From Candidatus Dormiibacterota bacterium (GTDB lineage: Bacteria; Chloroflexota; Dormibacteria; Dormibacterales; Dormibacteraceae): DNA of 64,000 nucleotides. The stretch spans positions 18,836 through 82,835 of the forward strand of contig DATKSS010000007.1 of the NCBI GenBank assembly GCA_035531515.1, written 5' to 3'. Below, piece by piece: positions 1 to 7,778 of this stretch (positions are counted from its first letter, which is position 1; every line of letters begins with the position of its first letter). Both the position numbers and the translations under genes were made by a program. Under the pieces are notes generated by a model. It saw only the letters and a list, made by a program, of their open reading frames with translations. It was not told the origin of the DNA and did not search any database.

Positions 1-993
1 CCAGGGGATGGCCGGGCCGCGCCAGGCGGCGAGTGCGAGGAGGCCGTAAACCGGCACCGCCCTGGTGAGAAGCACGATCACGTAGGCGACCACGACAAGG
101 CCCGCCACCGGGAGCAGCGTCCAGGCCGGCAGCGCTGCGCCGACCAGGATGAACAGCATCGCGTTGAGGACAAAAGCGAGCAGGTTCCAGAAACCCAGGA
201 GCTGAGGCCCGTGGAGCCGGCCGATCTGCGATCCGTAGCGAGCGACCACGATGCCTGCCACGACCACGGCGACGATGCCCGAGCAATGGGCGATGTCGGC
301 CGCCAGGTAGCTGCCGTAGGCGATCACCAGCGTGGCGAGGATCTCCAGCTCCGCGTCTTGCGCGAAGCGGAGCAGGGCCAGGCCGAGGAAGCCGGCCGCC
401 AGCCCGATGGCCGTCCCGCCGATCGTGATCTCGAGGAATCGGATCGTCGCGTCGCCCAGCGAGGGCGCGCCGCTGAGGATCGTCGCGAGCACGGCGGAGA
501 AGACGGCGACGCCGGTGCCGTCGTTGAACAGGCTCTCGCCTTCGAGGATCGTGGCCAGCCCCAGCGGCGCTTTCAGGCGCCGCAGGATGGAGACGACCGC
601 GATCGGATCCGTGGCGGCCAGGATGGCCCCGAGCAGCATGCCGCTGGCCAGGCTCAGACCGGTCGACACGTGGACCAGCAGGCCGATGAGGACAACGGTG
701 ACCAGCACCCCTGCCGAGGCGAGCAGGCTGACCGGGAGCAAGCGGCGCGTCAGCTCTGGCAGGTCGAGCCCGAGGGCTGCCTCGAACACGAGGCCCGGCA
801 CGAATGCGAGGAGGATCACATCAGATCCCACGCGCGGGAACTGGCCCCCGGGGAGCAAGCCGATGACTACTCCCGCGGCCGCCAGGACGACCGGGTAGGG
901 CAGCATCCGGGTGCGCTTCGACACCAATCCGAGCACGGTGGCGAGCGCGCCGACCAGGATGAGGAGCAGGAGGAATCGCTGCTGTGGCGTCAC
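1..993 (-). CDS. Cation:proton (Na+/H+) antiporter, CPA1/NhaP-type; C-terminus cut by window edge
   Basis: Absent from the ORF track because it runs off the window. Reverse-strand translation from GTG (993-991) gives VTPQQRFLLLLILVGALATVLG..., with multiple hydrophobic helices and the CPA1-like motif LGAILAATDPIAVVSILR. The + strand ORFs 211..1041 and 332..898 are Arg/Ala-rich antisense artefacts. Confidence 0.8.
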   Translation of the reverse strand, partial: MTPQQRFLLLLILVGALATVLGLVSKRTRMLPYPVVLAAAGVVIGLLPGGQFPRVGSDVILLAFVPGLVFEAALGLDLPELTRRLLPVSLLASAGVLVTVVLIGLLVHVSTGLSLASGMLLGAILAATDPIAVVSILRRLKAPLGLATILEGESLFNDGTGVAVFSAVLATILSGAPSLGDATIRFLEITIGGTAIGLAAGFLGLALLRFAQDAELEILATLVIAYGSYLAADIAHCSGIVAVVVAGIVVARYGSQIGRLHGPQLLGFWNLLAFVLNAMLFILVGAALPAWTLLPVAGLVVVAYVIVLLTRAVPVYGLLALAAWRGPAIPW

Positions 994-1003
994 GGCCGGC
1001 GAA

Positions 1004-1741
1004 TCATATTTCGAGCGCCATCCCGTCGCGGGCGGCCCTGACCTCGGTGCCGATCCTCTGCGTCAGTTCGGCCGCGAGCTCCCATGGATGGGCGCGCCAC
1101 ACCGTCATGCCGTAATGCGTGAGGATGGCGAGCCGCGGCTTGGCCTCGCGGATGATGCGTTCGGCGTCGTCGAGACACAGGTGCGGCAGCTCGGCACGGC
1201 ACTGCATGAGCACCAGGTGGATCACCATCACCTCCGCTTTGTGCTGCTCCGCGATTCCGTCGTAGTAGCCGGAGTCCGTGATCCATCCCAGCTTCTCGCC
1301 AAACCGGAATCCGTAGGTCTCGGACTGGTGCACGTGCCGCGGGCTGGTCGTAAAGCTGATGTCGCCGACCGAGTAGGAGGTTTCGGGCGACAGCCGGACG
1401 ATCTCGGCTGGGAACCGGCGCAGATAGTTCAGGACGACCGGGTCCTCGTCGAGCGCGTCGGCGGGGCAGAAGAGCCGGCCTCGTTTGTGGAAGCCGCCCT
1501 CGGTCATGGCCTCGATCATCACGTTGACGTCGCCCGAATGGTCGAGGTGACGATGGCTCAGGACGATGGCGTCGAGCGTGGTCAGGTCGACCTTCCTCTT
1601 GGCGTACTGGACGATCGCGCCGGGGCCCGGGTCGAGGCTGATCCGCGTGCCGCCGTCCTCGAGGTACAGGCCGCCCGAGGCGGCCAGCTGCTTGGCCACC
1701 ATGAACCTGGCCCCTGCCGTCCCCATGAAGGTGAGCTTCAC
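1004..1741 (-). CDS. MBL-fold metallo-hydrolase
   Basis: 245-aa ORF with the metallo-beta-lactamase signature LSHRHLDHSGD (HxHxDH). Its GTG start overlaps the ligase stop (GTGA at 1738-1741). Confidence 0.8.
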   Translation of the reverse strand: MKLTFMGTAGARFMVAKQLAASGGLYLEDGGTRISLDPGPGAIVQYAKRKVDLTTLDAIVLSHRHLDHSGDVNVMIEAMTEGGFHKRGRLFCPADALDEDPVVLNYLRRFPAEIVRLSPETSYSVGDISFTTSPRHVHQSETYGFRFGEKLGWITDSGYYDGIAEQHKAEVMVIHLVLMQCRAELPHLCLDDAERIIREAKPRLAILTHYGMTVWRAHPWELAAELTQRIGTEVRAARDGMALEI

Positions 1742-3393
1742 GTCTCCGCCACCTCGCTCAGCGACACCTCTGACTTTTCGCCGAAGTACCGCTCGTAGAG
1801 CTCCGCCACGCGCTCGAGCGTGTCGACCTCACCGACCGGCTTGTCGTCCCGAATCCTCACGATGCGCGGAAAACGTAGCGCGTAACCGCTCAGGTGGCGC
1901 CCCGAGTGCTGGATCGAGTCGAACGCGACCTCGAGCACGACCTCTGGCCGGACCATCCGCACATGCCCTCGGTCCTCGACCGTCATCTCGAGGAAGCGCC
2001 CGGTCATGGTCGCGATCTCCGCGTCGGTCAGTCCTGTGTATGCCTTGCCGACGTTGACAAGCCTGCCCGAGCCGGAGTCCTTGACCGCGAACGTGTAGTC
2101 GGACAGCACACCCTTGCGCTTGCCGTGGCCCCATTCGACGGCGGTCACGACGACGTCTAGAGTCGCCAAGGGACGCTTCAACTTGAGCCACGCCAACCCG
2201 CGGCGCCCGGGCGTGTACGGGCTCAGCGGATCCTTGAGCATCAGCCCCTCGTTGCCCCGCGCGCGTGTCTCTGCAAAGATCCGTTCCAGGTCGTCCGGAC
2301 CTTTTGCCTCTTCGACGCGCGCGAGAAGATAGGGAGGCTTGAGCCCGAGCCCTTCCAGGAGATTGCGGCGCGTGCCGAGGGGTTCGTCGAGCAACGTCCG
2401 GCCGTCGAGCCAGAGCACGTCGAAGATCACCATGATGACCGGCACCTCGGCTCTCAGCTCCTCGGTCACCTTCTTGCGACCGAGTCGATGCTGAAGCTCG
2501 AAGAAGCGCAACACGCGGCCGTCGCGATGCGCGAGCACCTCGCCATCGAACAGCACGTCGTGACCAATCGCGCCGGCGTTGTCTGTCAGCTCGGGAAACG
2601 CGCTGGTCGTCTCCTTGAGGTCGCGGGAAAAGAGCTCCACGCGCTCGCCCTCGCGGTGCAGCTGGCATCGGACCCCGTCGTATTTCTCCTCGGTCCACAC
2701 CGCCTCCGCGCCCATTCGTTCGAACGCCTCGCCAGCAGTCTCGACCGGGCTCGCGAGCATGAAGCGCACAGGCTGGAAGAGCGTGATGCTCGTGGTCTCG
2801 AACTGCCGGTGCCTGCAGCGGACGGCTGTCTCCCCGATGTCTCCGGTGACCAGGTGCACGCGTTTGACCATCGTGATCGGCACCTCGAATGCCTCGGCGA
2901 GCGCCGCCTCGACGAGGCCCTCGCTGAGACCGATGCGCAGCTCGCCGGCGATGATCTTGATCAAGAAGCGCGCCGCCTCCGGGTCGAGCCGCCGGACGAT
3001 CTGCTCGAGAGCTGCTCCCTTGGCCGCGCCTCGCGCGGTCCGAATCGCCTCCAACGCCTCCTCGACCTCGAGCAGCGAGACGGGGCCCGGCAGTGTTCTC
3101 CCGTCAAGCGCCTCCCGGGCCCAGTCGCCGATGTCCGAATGCTTGCGGAAGATCGAGCCGAGCTCGTCCGCGTCTCGTCCCGACACCGTGGTCACGACCT
3201 TGCTCACGGCCGACCAGCCAAGGCCGAGCGTCCTCCGTTGAGACTGGCCGAACGCGCGCCCGCCCATGTAGGTCGCGGCACGCCGTAAATCGCCGTCGTC
3301 GAGCAAGCGTAGATACGCGGCGAGGATGCGTGTTTTCTCGAGGGTCGCAGGGGTGGCGCCCACCGCCGCCGCCGCGCGCGCGAAATCAAGCAT
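1738..3393 (-). CDS. ATP-dependent DNA ligase (Lig1/LigB-like, with N-terminal DNA-binding domain)
   Basis: 551 aa. Adenylation motif I is EEKYDGVRCQ (KxDG). Downstream ligase blocks include FDGEVL, LMLKD and WLKLK. The length fits the three-domain DBD-NTase-OB architecture. Confidence 0.9.
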   Translation of the reverse strand: MLDFARAAAAVGATPATLEKTRILAAYLRLLDDGDLRRAATYMGGRAFGQSQRRTLGLGWSAVSKVVTTVSGRDADELGSIFRKHSDIGDWAREALDGRTLPGPVSLLEVEEALEAIRTARGAAKGAALEQIVRRLDPEAARFLIKIIAGELRIGLSEGLVEAALAEAFEVPITMVKRVHLVTGDIGETAVRCRHRQFETTSITLFQPVRFMLASPVETAGEAFERMGAEAVWTEEKYDGVRCQLHREGERVELFSRDLKETTSAFPELTDNAGAIGHDVLFDGEVLAHRDGRVLRFFELQHRLGRKKVTEELRAEVPVIMVIFDVLWLDGRTLLDEPLGTRRNLLEGLGLKPPYLLARVEEAKGPDDLERIFAETRARGNEGLMLKDPLSPYTPGRRGLAWLKLKRPLATLDVVVTAVEWGHGKRKGVLSDYTFAVKDSGSGRLVNVGKAYTGLTDAEIATMTGRFLEMTVEDRGHVRMVRPEVVLEVAFDSIQHSGRHLSGYALRFPRIVRIRDDKPVGEVDTLERVAELYERYFGEKSEVSLSEVAET

Positions 3394-3426
3394 CCCGGCC
3401 GCACCAGAGGGAATCTCGGGTTCCCT

Positions 3427-3456
3427 GCGAACTCACGCCGAAGGCTCTGGGTTCGC
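3427..3456. promoter_or_regulatory. Inverted repeat GCGAAC-N18-GTTCGC in the divergent ligase / small-ORF promoter region
   Basis: GCGAAC at 3427-3432 and GTTCGC at 3451-3456, with an additional GTTC at 3420-3423. It lies in the 96-bp gap between the ligase start (3393, -) and the ORF start at 3490 (+). Confidence 0.25.
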
Positions 3457-3489
3457 GGGGGTCGTCACGGTGGCCTATCGTAATTCGCG

Positions 3490-3702
3490 ATGCGCCGCTG
3501 TCCGTACCTCGAGGAATTCGTGAAGGACCGCCGTTCGGTGCTGCGCGTCTATCGATTCGACTGTCATGTGGACCGAAAGTCCAAGCGCAAGTACGCGTTG
3601 AGCGACAGCCCGCCGATCTGCGTGCGCAATTACGAGGATTGCCCGCTTTATCAGGCCGAGAAACGGCGCGAGGACCACACCATCACGCGATACACAGATT
3701 GA
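3490..3702 (+). CDS. Small Cys4 protein, unknown function
   Basis: 70-aa ORF MRRCPYLEEF...CHVD...PPICVRNYEDCPLY with four Cys. About 77 percent G/C at third codon positions by hand count, consistent with coding. Its stop overlaps the TTG start of the next ORF (TTGA at 3699-3702). Confidence 0.45.
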   Translation: MRRCPYLEEFVKDRRSVLRVYRFDCHVDRKSKRKYALSDSPPICVRNYEDCPLYQAEKRREDHTITRYTD

Positions 3703-4055
3703 ACTGCCCCGTTTGTTCGGCTCCCGCTCTGCCACTCGACGGCGCCTGCGTGTTTTGCCACGCGCCGATCACCGGCGATCCGGACACATCCGAGCTCCTC
3801 GATTACCTCGCCGAGCGGCTTCCGATTGCCCACACGAAGCGCGGGCACCTGAACCGCGGACCGATCACAGAAGTGGTGGTCGAGGTCGAGGGACGCACGT
3901 TCCGAGCCCGTGCCAAGAACGAAACGTTCGATCTCGCGCCGCCGGTCCACCTCACGGCCTGGGTCGACCTGCTGATCGCCAAGCTCAGCGACGCGGCGGC
4001 GGATGACGCAGAGCTGCGCCGCGCCGTCCTGCGCTCGGGCTGGGCGCTGCGCTAG
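3699..4055 (+). CDS. Zinc-ribbon-containing hypothetical protein
   Basis: The 3' part of ORF 3093..4055 is coding-like only after the ligase gene ends. In-frame TTG at 3699 gives LNCPVCSAPALPLDGACVFCHAPI... (CPxC-N12-CxxC), 118 aa. Its stop overlaps the stop of the convergent exonuclease gene. Confidence 0.5.
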   Translation: MNCPVCSAPALPLDGACVFCHAPITGDPDTSELLDYLAERLPIAHTKRGHLNRGPITEVVVEVEGRTFRARAKNETFDLAPPVHLTAWVDLLIAKLSDAAADDAELRRAVLRSGWALR

Positions 4056-5020
4056 AGCGCCAACAGCAGCTGCTCGGTCGCTTCCAGCGCTGAGGCGCGC
4101 ACCCCGCGCTTGCGGAGGTGGCGCGCGAAATCCTCGGTGTAGCCGTGCACCGTGTAGACCTGGTCCGCGCCCGACTGCCCGACGACTTCCAGGAGCTCAT
4201 CGAAATCGCAGTGGTCCGACAGGTCGAATGCCGCGTCGGCGCCGAAGAGCCGCGCGAACTCCGCGTCCTTCGCCCAGCCGGAGATGAGCGCCGTGCGGTA
4301 GCGGCCGAGGCGGCGGACCTCGTCCTTGCCGGCGGGCGGGGAGACGACGACCCGACCTGCGGGTGCATCGGCGTCAAGGTCCACCCATTCCGGAAGCGAG
4401 CGGCCCGCCGTGGCGTAGTCTCGCGCGCACGGCGCGCAGCGCTTCTCGAGCGCGAAGGTGAAACCGTAAGGAGCCAGCGCCAGCATCACCTCCTCGGTCT
4501 TGCCGAGCGCGTGGCACAGCAGGACGGGGGTCACGTTGCTGTCCAGGGCCCGCCGGCACCATCGGGCGATCGCCTCGATCGTCGAGTCAGGGTCGCCGAA
4601 CCGGAAATGGGGGCGCCCGTAGGTCGTTTCGACGATCAGGACGTCGGCCCTGGGCACGAAAGTCGGCGGCTCCCCGCCCGCCTGGCGGAGCTTGATGTCG
4701 CCCGTGTACAGGAGCTTCGAGTCGCCATGCTCGAAGAGGAGCTGCGCGGATCCGAGCATGTGGCCGGCGGGGTACAGCGTCACCGTGGCCTGCCCACGTC
4801 GCATCCCTTCGCGGTAGCCGAGCATGCGCCAGCCGCGCGGTCGCCGGTTTTCCGGGATCAGGGCGAGGGTCTGCGGGGTGAGCAGGGCTTCCTTGTGCCT
4901 GCGCGCGTGGTCGGTGTGCGCGTGGGAGATGAAGGCGAAGTTGCGCACCACCGGCGGGTCGAGCCACAGGCGGTGGCCCGGCAGCGAGACGCCGCGGTCC
5001 CACACCACCTCGCGAGTCAT
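4052..5020 (-). CDS. Ligase-associated beta-CASP / MBL-fold exonuclease
   Basis: Starting at the internal Met (MTREVVWDRG...) avoids overlap with nnrE. It has the MBL motif ISHAHTDHA and later AGHMLGSA, ETTYG and LSDHCD blocks typical of beta-CASP nucleases. 322 aa, the usual size for the ligase-associated exonuclease. Confidence 0.8.
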   Translation of the reverse strand: MTREVVWDRGVSLPGHRLWLDPPVVRNFAFISHAHTDHARRHKEALLTPQTLALIPENRRPRGWRMLGYREGMRRGQATVTLYPAGHMLGSAQLLFEHGDSKLLYTGDIKLRQAGGEPPTFVPRADVLIVETTYGRPHFRFGDPDSTIEAIARWCRRALDSNVTPVLLCHALGKTEEVMLALAPYGFTFALEKRCAPCARDYATAGRSLPEWVDLDADAPAGRVVVSPPAGKDEVRRLGRYRTALISGWAKDAEFARLFGADAAFDLSDHCDFDELLEVVGQSGADQVYTVHGYTEDFARHLRKRGVRASALEATEQLLLAL

Positions 5021-5030
5021 GGGGGAGCGC

Positions 5031-5729
5031 TCATAGCTTGAACGTCCTCGATCGCGCGAAGAGGTCCGGCGAAACCGCAATCCCAAGCGCCGCATAAGCC
5101 TCGAAGGGCACGCCGATGTCCGCGACCCAGATCTCGCCCGCCAGCCGCGGGCCGTCAGCTCTGGTCAGGCCGGCCTTGGGCAGCCCGAGGGTCACCGTGG
5201 TCGTGGCGCGCACGGCTGGAGCGTAGGCGACGCCCGAGTCCGCGTCGAGCCCGGACGGGACGTCGACCGCGACGACGGGCAGGCCGGAGCCGTTGATGGC
5301 CTCGATCCACTCCGCAAAGCGACCTTCGGGGGCGCGCGAGATGCCGGTCCCGAAGATGGCGTCGGCGACCATGCCGGCTCCCACGAGGTTCAGGTCGGCG
5401 GAAACCTCGACCCCGATGCGCCGCAGAGCGTCGAGCTCCTGCGCGGCCGGGCCGCGCAGACGCTCCGCGGCGGCGCACGAGACACTCGCCAGCCTGCCCC
5501 AGCGGTGCAGGTGGCGGGCCGCCGCCAGGCCGTCCCCGGCGTTGTTGCCGGCGCCGCAGACGACGGCCGTCAGCTCGGTGCAGAACTGCGCCACCTGCCA
5601 GCCGGCCGACTCCATGAGCCAGTCGACCGAGATGCCGAAGCGCTCTTGGGCGAGCGCGTCGACCTCTCTGACCTGGGCGCTACTGAGATACGGCAGGCCG
5701 CTGGACGACAAAGGAGCAGTACGGGTCAC
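5031..5729 (-). CDS. nnrE: NAD(P)H-hydrate epimerase (YjeF N-terminal domain family)
   Basis: 232 aa with the characteristic GAGNNAGDGLAAARHL motif and DAIFGTG block. Confidence 0.8.
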   Translation of the reverse strand: MTRTAPLSSSGLPYLSSAQVREVDALAQERFGISVDWLMESAGWQVAQFCTELTAVVCGAGNNAGDGLAAARHLHRWGRLASVSCAAAERLRGPAAQELDALRRIGVEVSADLNLVGAGMVADAIFGTGISRAPEGRFAEWIEAINGSGLPVVAVDVPSGLDADSGVAYAPAVRATTTVTLGLPKAGLTRADGPRLAGEIWVADIGVPFEAYAALGIAVSPDLFARSRTFKL

Positions 5730-6321
5730 GGCGGTGGATGGAATCCGCCTGCGAGACGGGCGCGCCGAGCAGCCGCGTGATGAGCTGCGGGGTGATCGTG
5801 CAGACCTGAGGAAACTTCAGCGCGGTGTTTCGGAACGGGCAGTTGTGGATCGTCACCTTGACGCCCTCGGGCGTCTCGCTCTGCTCGGCGAGCGTGCCGG
5901 CCCGCCCGATCCAGGCCACCACGCGGCGCAGCTTCTCATCGAAATCGAGCCCGTCCAGCTCGTGCTCGATGCCGCGGGCATGGCGCTCCGCGACCCGCGC
6001 GAAGACCTCGTCGAGAGCTTGCGGGCCGCCCATCTCCTGGACCTCCTGGAGGACCATCGTGGCGAGCTGTCCGTAGCGCTTGGGGAACACCGAGTCGGCG
6101 CGCTCGGTGAGGGAGAACAGCAGCGCGGGGCGGCCGCGCCCGCCTCGCTCCGGATGGCTCACCACGAACCCGTCACGCTCGAGGTTGGTCAGGTGCTGGC
6201 GCACCGCGTTGGTGGTCACGCCGAGATCGGACGCGATGGTTTCGGCGCTGCATTCACGCTTGCGCCGGAGTAGCTCGAGGACCTCCATTCGGGTCGAGCG
6301 GCCGGCGATCACCTGGGGCAC
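5680..6321 (-). CDS. ArsR-type winged-helix regulator with C-terminal Cys motif (SufR-like)
   Basis: 213 aa. N-terminal wHTH (SAETIASDLGVTTNAVRQHLTNLERDGFV). C-terminal CPFRNTALKFPQVC (C-X12-C) plus PYCSF resembles Fe-S-sensing SufR regulators. Confidence 0.65.
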   Translation of the reverse strand: MPQVIAGRSTRMEVLELLRRKRECSAETIASDLGVTTNAVRQHLTNLERDGFVVSHPERGGRGRPALLFSLTERADSVFPKRYGQLATMVLQEVQEMGGPQALDEVFARVAERHARGIEHELDGLDFDEKLRRVVAWIGRAGTLAEQSETPEGVKVTIHNCPFRNTALKFPQVCTITPQLITRLLGAPVSQADSIHRRDPYCSFVVQRPAVSQ

Positions 6322-6379
6322 GTCCGGCGGCGGAACGGCATGCTGGCAACAGCATAGAACGATTTATTACAGGCGGTTC

Positions 6380-6407
6380 TTGACAAAAGGCAGAGGCGCC
6401 CTAAACT
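6380..6407 (+). promoter_or_regulatory. Sigma-70-like promoter for ORF 6428..6742
   Basis: TTGACA (6380-6385), 16-nt spacer, TAAACT (6402-6407). A GGGAGA Shine-Dalgarno lies 8 nt upstream of the ATG at 6428. Confidence 0.45.
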
Positions 6408-6427
6408 TGGTCTTGGGAGATAGAGAA

Positions 6428-6742
6428 ATGCCACTGATCAAGCAGGCAAGCCACGCCATCGAGCACATGACCGCCCGCGAGCGGCGCATCCAGCGGGCCA
6501 AGTATGCCCGCCGGAACAAGATGCACTACATCGACAAGCTCCTCAACGAGCTCGAGATGTTGAACCTGGCGGACCAGCGGCAGATGCCGCCGGTGCTGTC
6601 GGTCGCGATCAACAAGGTCATCGAGGAGTCGCCCGAGGTGACGGTCCTGGCCCAGGCCAAGCCCGCTTCCGTGATGGAGGCGATGGACGCCCTGTACGAG
6701 ATCCAGGACAGCCTGATGTACAACCAGATCGAGGACGAGTAG
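6428..6742 (+). CDS. Hypothetical acidic helical protein
   Basis: Internal Met of ORF 6080..6742, preceded by GGGAGA. 104 aa (MPLIKQASHAIEHMTARERRIQ...). It has its own promoter-like and terminator-like signals. Confidence 0.55.
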   Translation: MPLIKQASHAIEHMTARERRIQRAKYARRNKMHYIDKLLNELEMLNLADQRQMPPVLSVAINKVIEESPEVTVLAQAKPASVMEAMDALYEIQDSLMYNQIEDE

Positions 6743-6767
6743 AGCAGCTTCCTTTCGTCAGTCCCTA

Positions 6768-6804
6768 GGCCGGTTTCGAGTTGCGAAGCCGGCCTTCTTC
6801 TTTT
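6768..6804 (+). terminator. Intrinsic terminator
   Basis: An 11-bp stem (GGCCGGTTTCG / CGAAGCCGGCC, including one G-T pair) with a 5-nt loop, followed by TTCTTCTTTT, directly after the stop at 6742. Confidence 0.6.
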
Positions 6805-6818
6805 GCCCCGAGTCCAAC

Positions 6819-6847
6819 TTGACATGGAGTCTCGCCTTGCGTACTAT
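6819..6847 (+). promoter_or_regulatory. Sigma-70-like promoter of the arsR-SRPBCC pair
   Basis: TTGACA (6819-6824), 17-nt spacer, TACTAT (6842-6847). Confidence 0.5.
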
Positions 6848-6853
6848 GCCGAT

Positions 6854-6867
6854 TAGTTAATTAGCTA
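6854..6867. promoter_or_regulatory. AT-rich imperfect palindrome, candidate ArsR operator
   Basis: TAGTTAATTAGCTA is 12/14 self-complementary. It sits between the -10 element and the ATG of the ArsR gene and is strikingly AT-rich for this genome. Confidence 0.35.
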
Positions 6868-6878
6868 GTTAGAGAAAT

Positions 6879-7250
6879 ATGAGAGTGGCATCTGATCAGC
6901 TGAGCGTCACGTTTGCAGCCCTCGCCGATCCCACCCGGCGCGCGATGCTGGCTCGTCTTGCCGTGGGCGAGGCGTCGGTCACGGAATTGGCCAAGCCGTT
7001 CGACCTGAGCCTCCCTGGCGTCTCCAAACACCTGAAGGTGCTGCAGCGCGCCGGCCTGATCACGCAGGGCCGCAACGCGCAGTGGCGGCCGTGCCGTCTC
7101 GAGGGCGGGCGTCTCAAAGAGGCGTCCGAGTGGGTGGGGGAGTACCGGAGGTTCTGGGACGAGAGCTTCCAGCGCCTGGACGAAGTTCTGCAGCAAATGA
7201 TCAAAGAGGAGAAGCAACGCGATGAGCACCAAGGAGACCACGATGCCTGA
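6879..7250 (+). CDS. ArsR/SmtB family transcriptional regulator
   Basis: 123 aa. LADPTRRAMLARLAVGEASVTELAKPFDLSLPGVSKHLKVLQRAGLI is the canonical ArsR wHTH. Confidence 0.9.
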   Translation: MRVASDQLSVTFAALADPTRRAMLARLAVGEASVTELAKPFDLSLPGVSKHLKVLQRAGLITQGRNAQWRPCRLEGGRLKEASEWVGEYRRFWDESFQRLDEVLQQMIKEEKQRDEHQGDHDA

Positions 7251-7728
7251 GACCGAGTACGTCATCGAGCCGGGCAAGCAGGAGATGATCTCGACCACCG
7301 TCCTGGATGCCCCAAGGGAGCTCGTCTTCCGCGCGTACACGGACCCGAAGCTGTTCGCTCGCTGGTGGGGTCCGCGGCGATACACGAACGAGATCGTCAA
7401 GTTCGACTCCCGCTCGGGAGGCGAATGGCGCGTGGTCCAGCGCGGCGCAGACGGCAGCGAGCATGGGTTCCATGGCGTCAACCACGACGTGGTGACGGCG
7501 GAGCGGATCTGCCAGACGTTCGAGTACGAAGGGTTTCCGGGCCACGTCGCGCTCCAGACCGCGACCTTCGAGCCTCTCGGCAACAAGACGAAGGTCGTTG
7601 CGCACGTGGTCTTCCAATCGGTGATGGACCGGGACGGCATGGTCGCGTCGGGCATGAAGGAGGGCGCCGACGAGTCGATGGAGCGCCTCGCCGAGCTGCT
7701 CGATGAGATGAAGGTCAGTAGTCGCTAG
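7222..7728 (+). CDS. SRPBCC / Aha1-domain protein
   Basis: 168 aa. It overlaps the ArsR gene by 29 nt. Sequence blocks (RAYTDPKLFARWWGP, GGEWR, FHGV) are typical of the Aha1/SRPBCC proteins commonly paired with ArsR. Confidence 0.8.
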   Translation: MSTKETTMPETEYVIEPGKQEMISTTVLDAPRELVFRAYTDPKLFARWWGPRRYTNEIVKFDSRSGGEWRVVQRGADGSEHGFHGVNHDVVTAERICQTFEYEGFPGHVALQTATFEPLGNKTKVVAHVVFQSVMDRDGMVASGMKEGADESMERLAELLDEMKVSSR

Positions 7729-7778
7729 AGATCACGGGCGCCTTCGGGTGGCGGGCTCAGGCCCGCCATCCGAGCCCT

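Noticed and set aside
211-1041. ORFs 211..1041 and 332..898 (+).
   Set aside because: They are antisense to a clearly membrane-protein-encoding reverse frame (NhaP-type antiporter). Their composition is dominated by Arg, Asp, Gly and Ala repeats.
7749-7768. Hairpin TGGCGGGC-TCAG-GCCCGCCA between convergent genes, as an intrinsic terminator.
   Set aside because: It has an 8-bp GC stem but no U/T tract on either side, so I did not list it as a terminator. Similar GC hairpins at 13298-13350 and 27070-27106 also lack U tracts.
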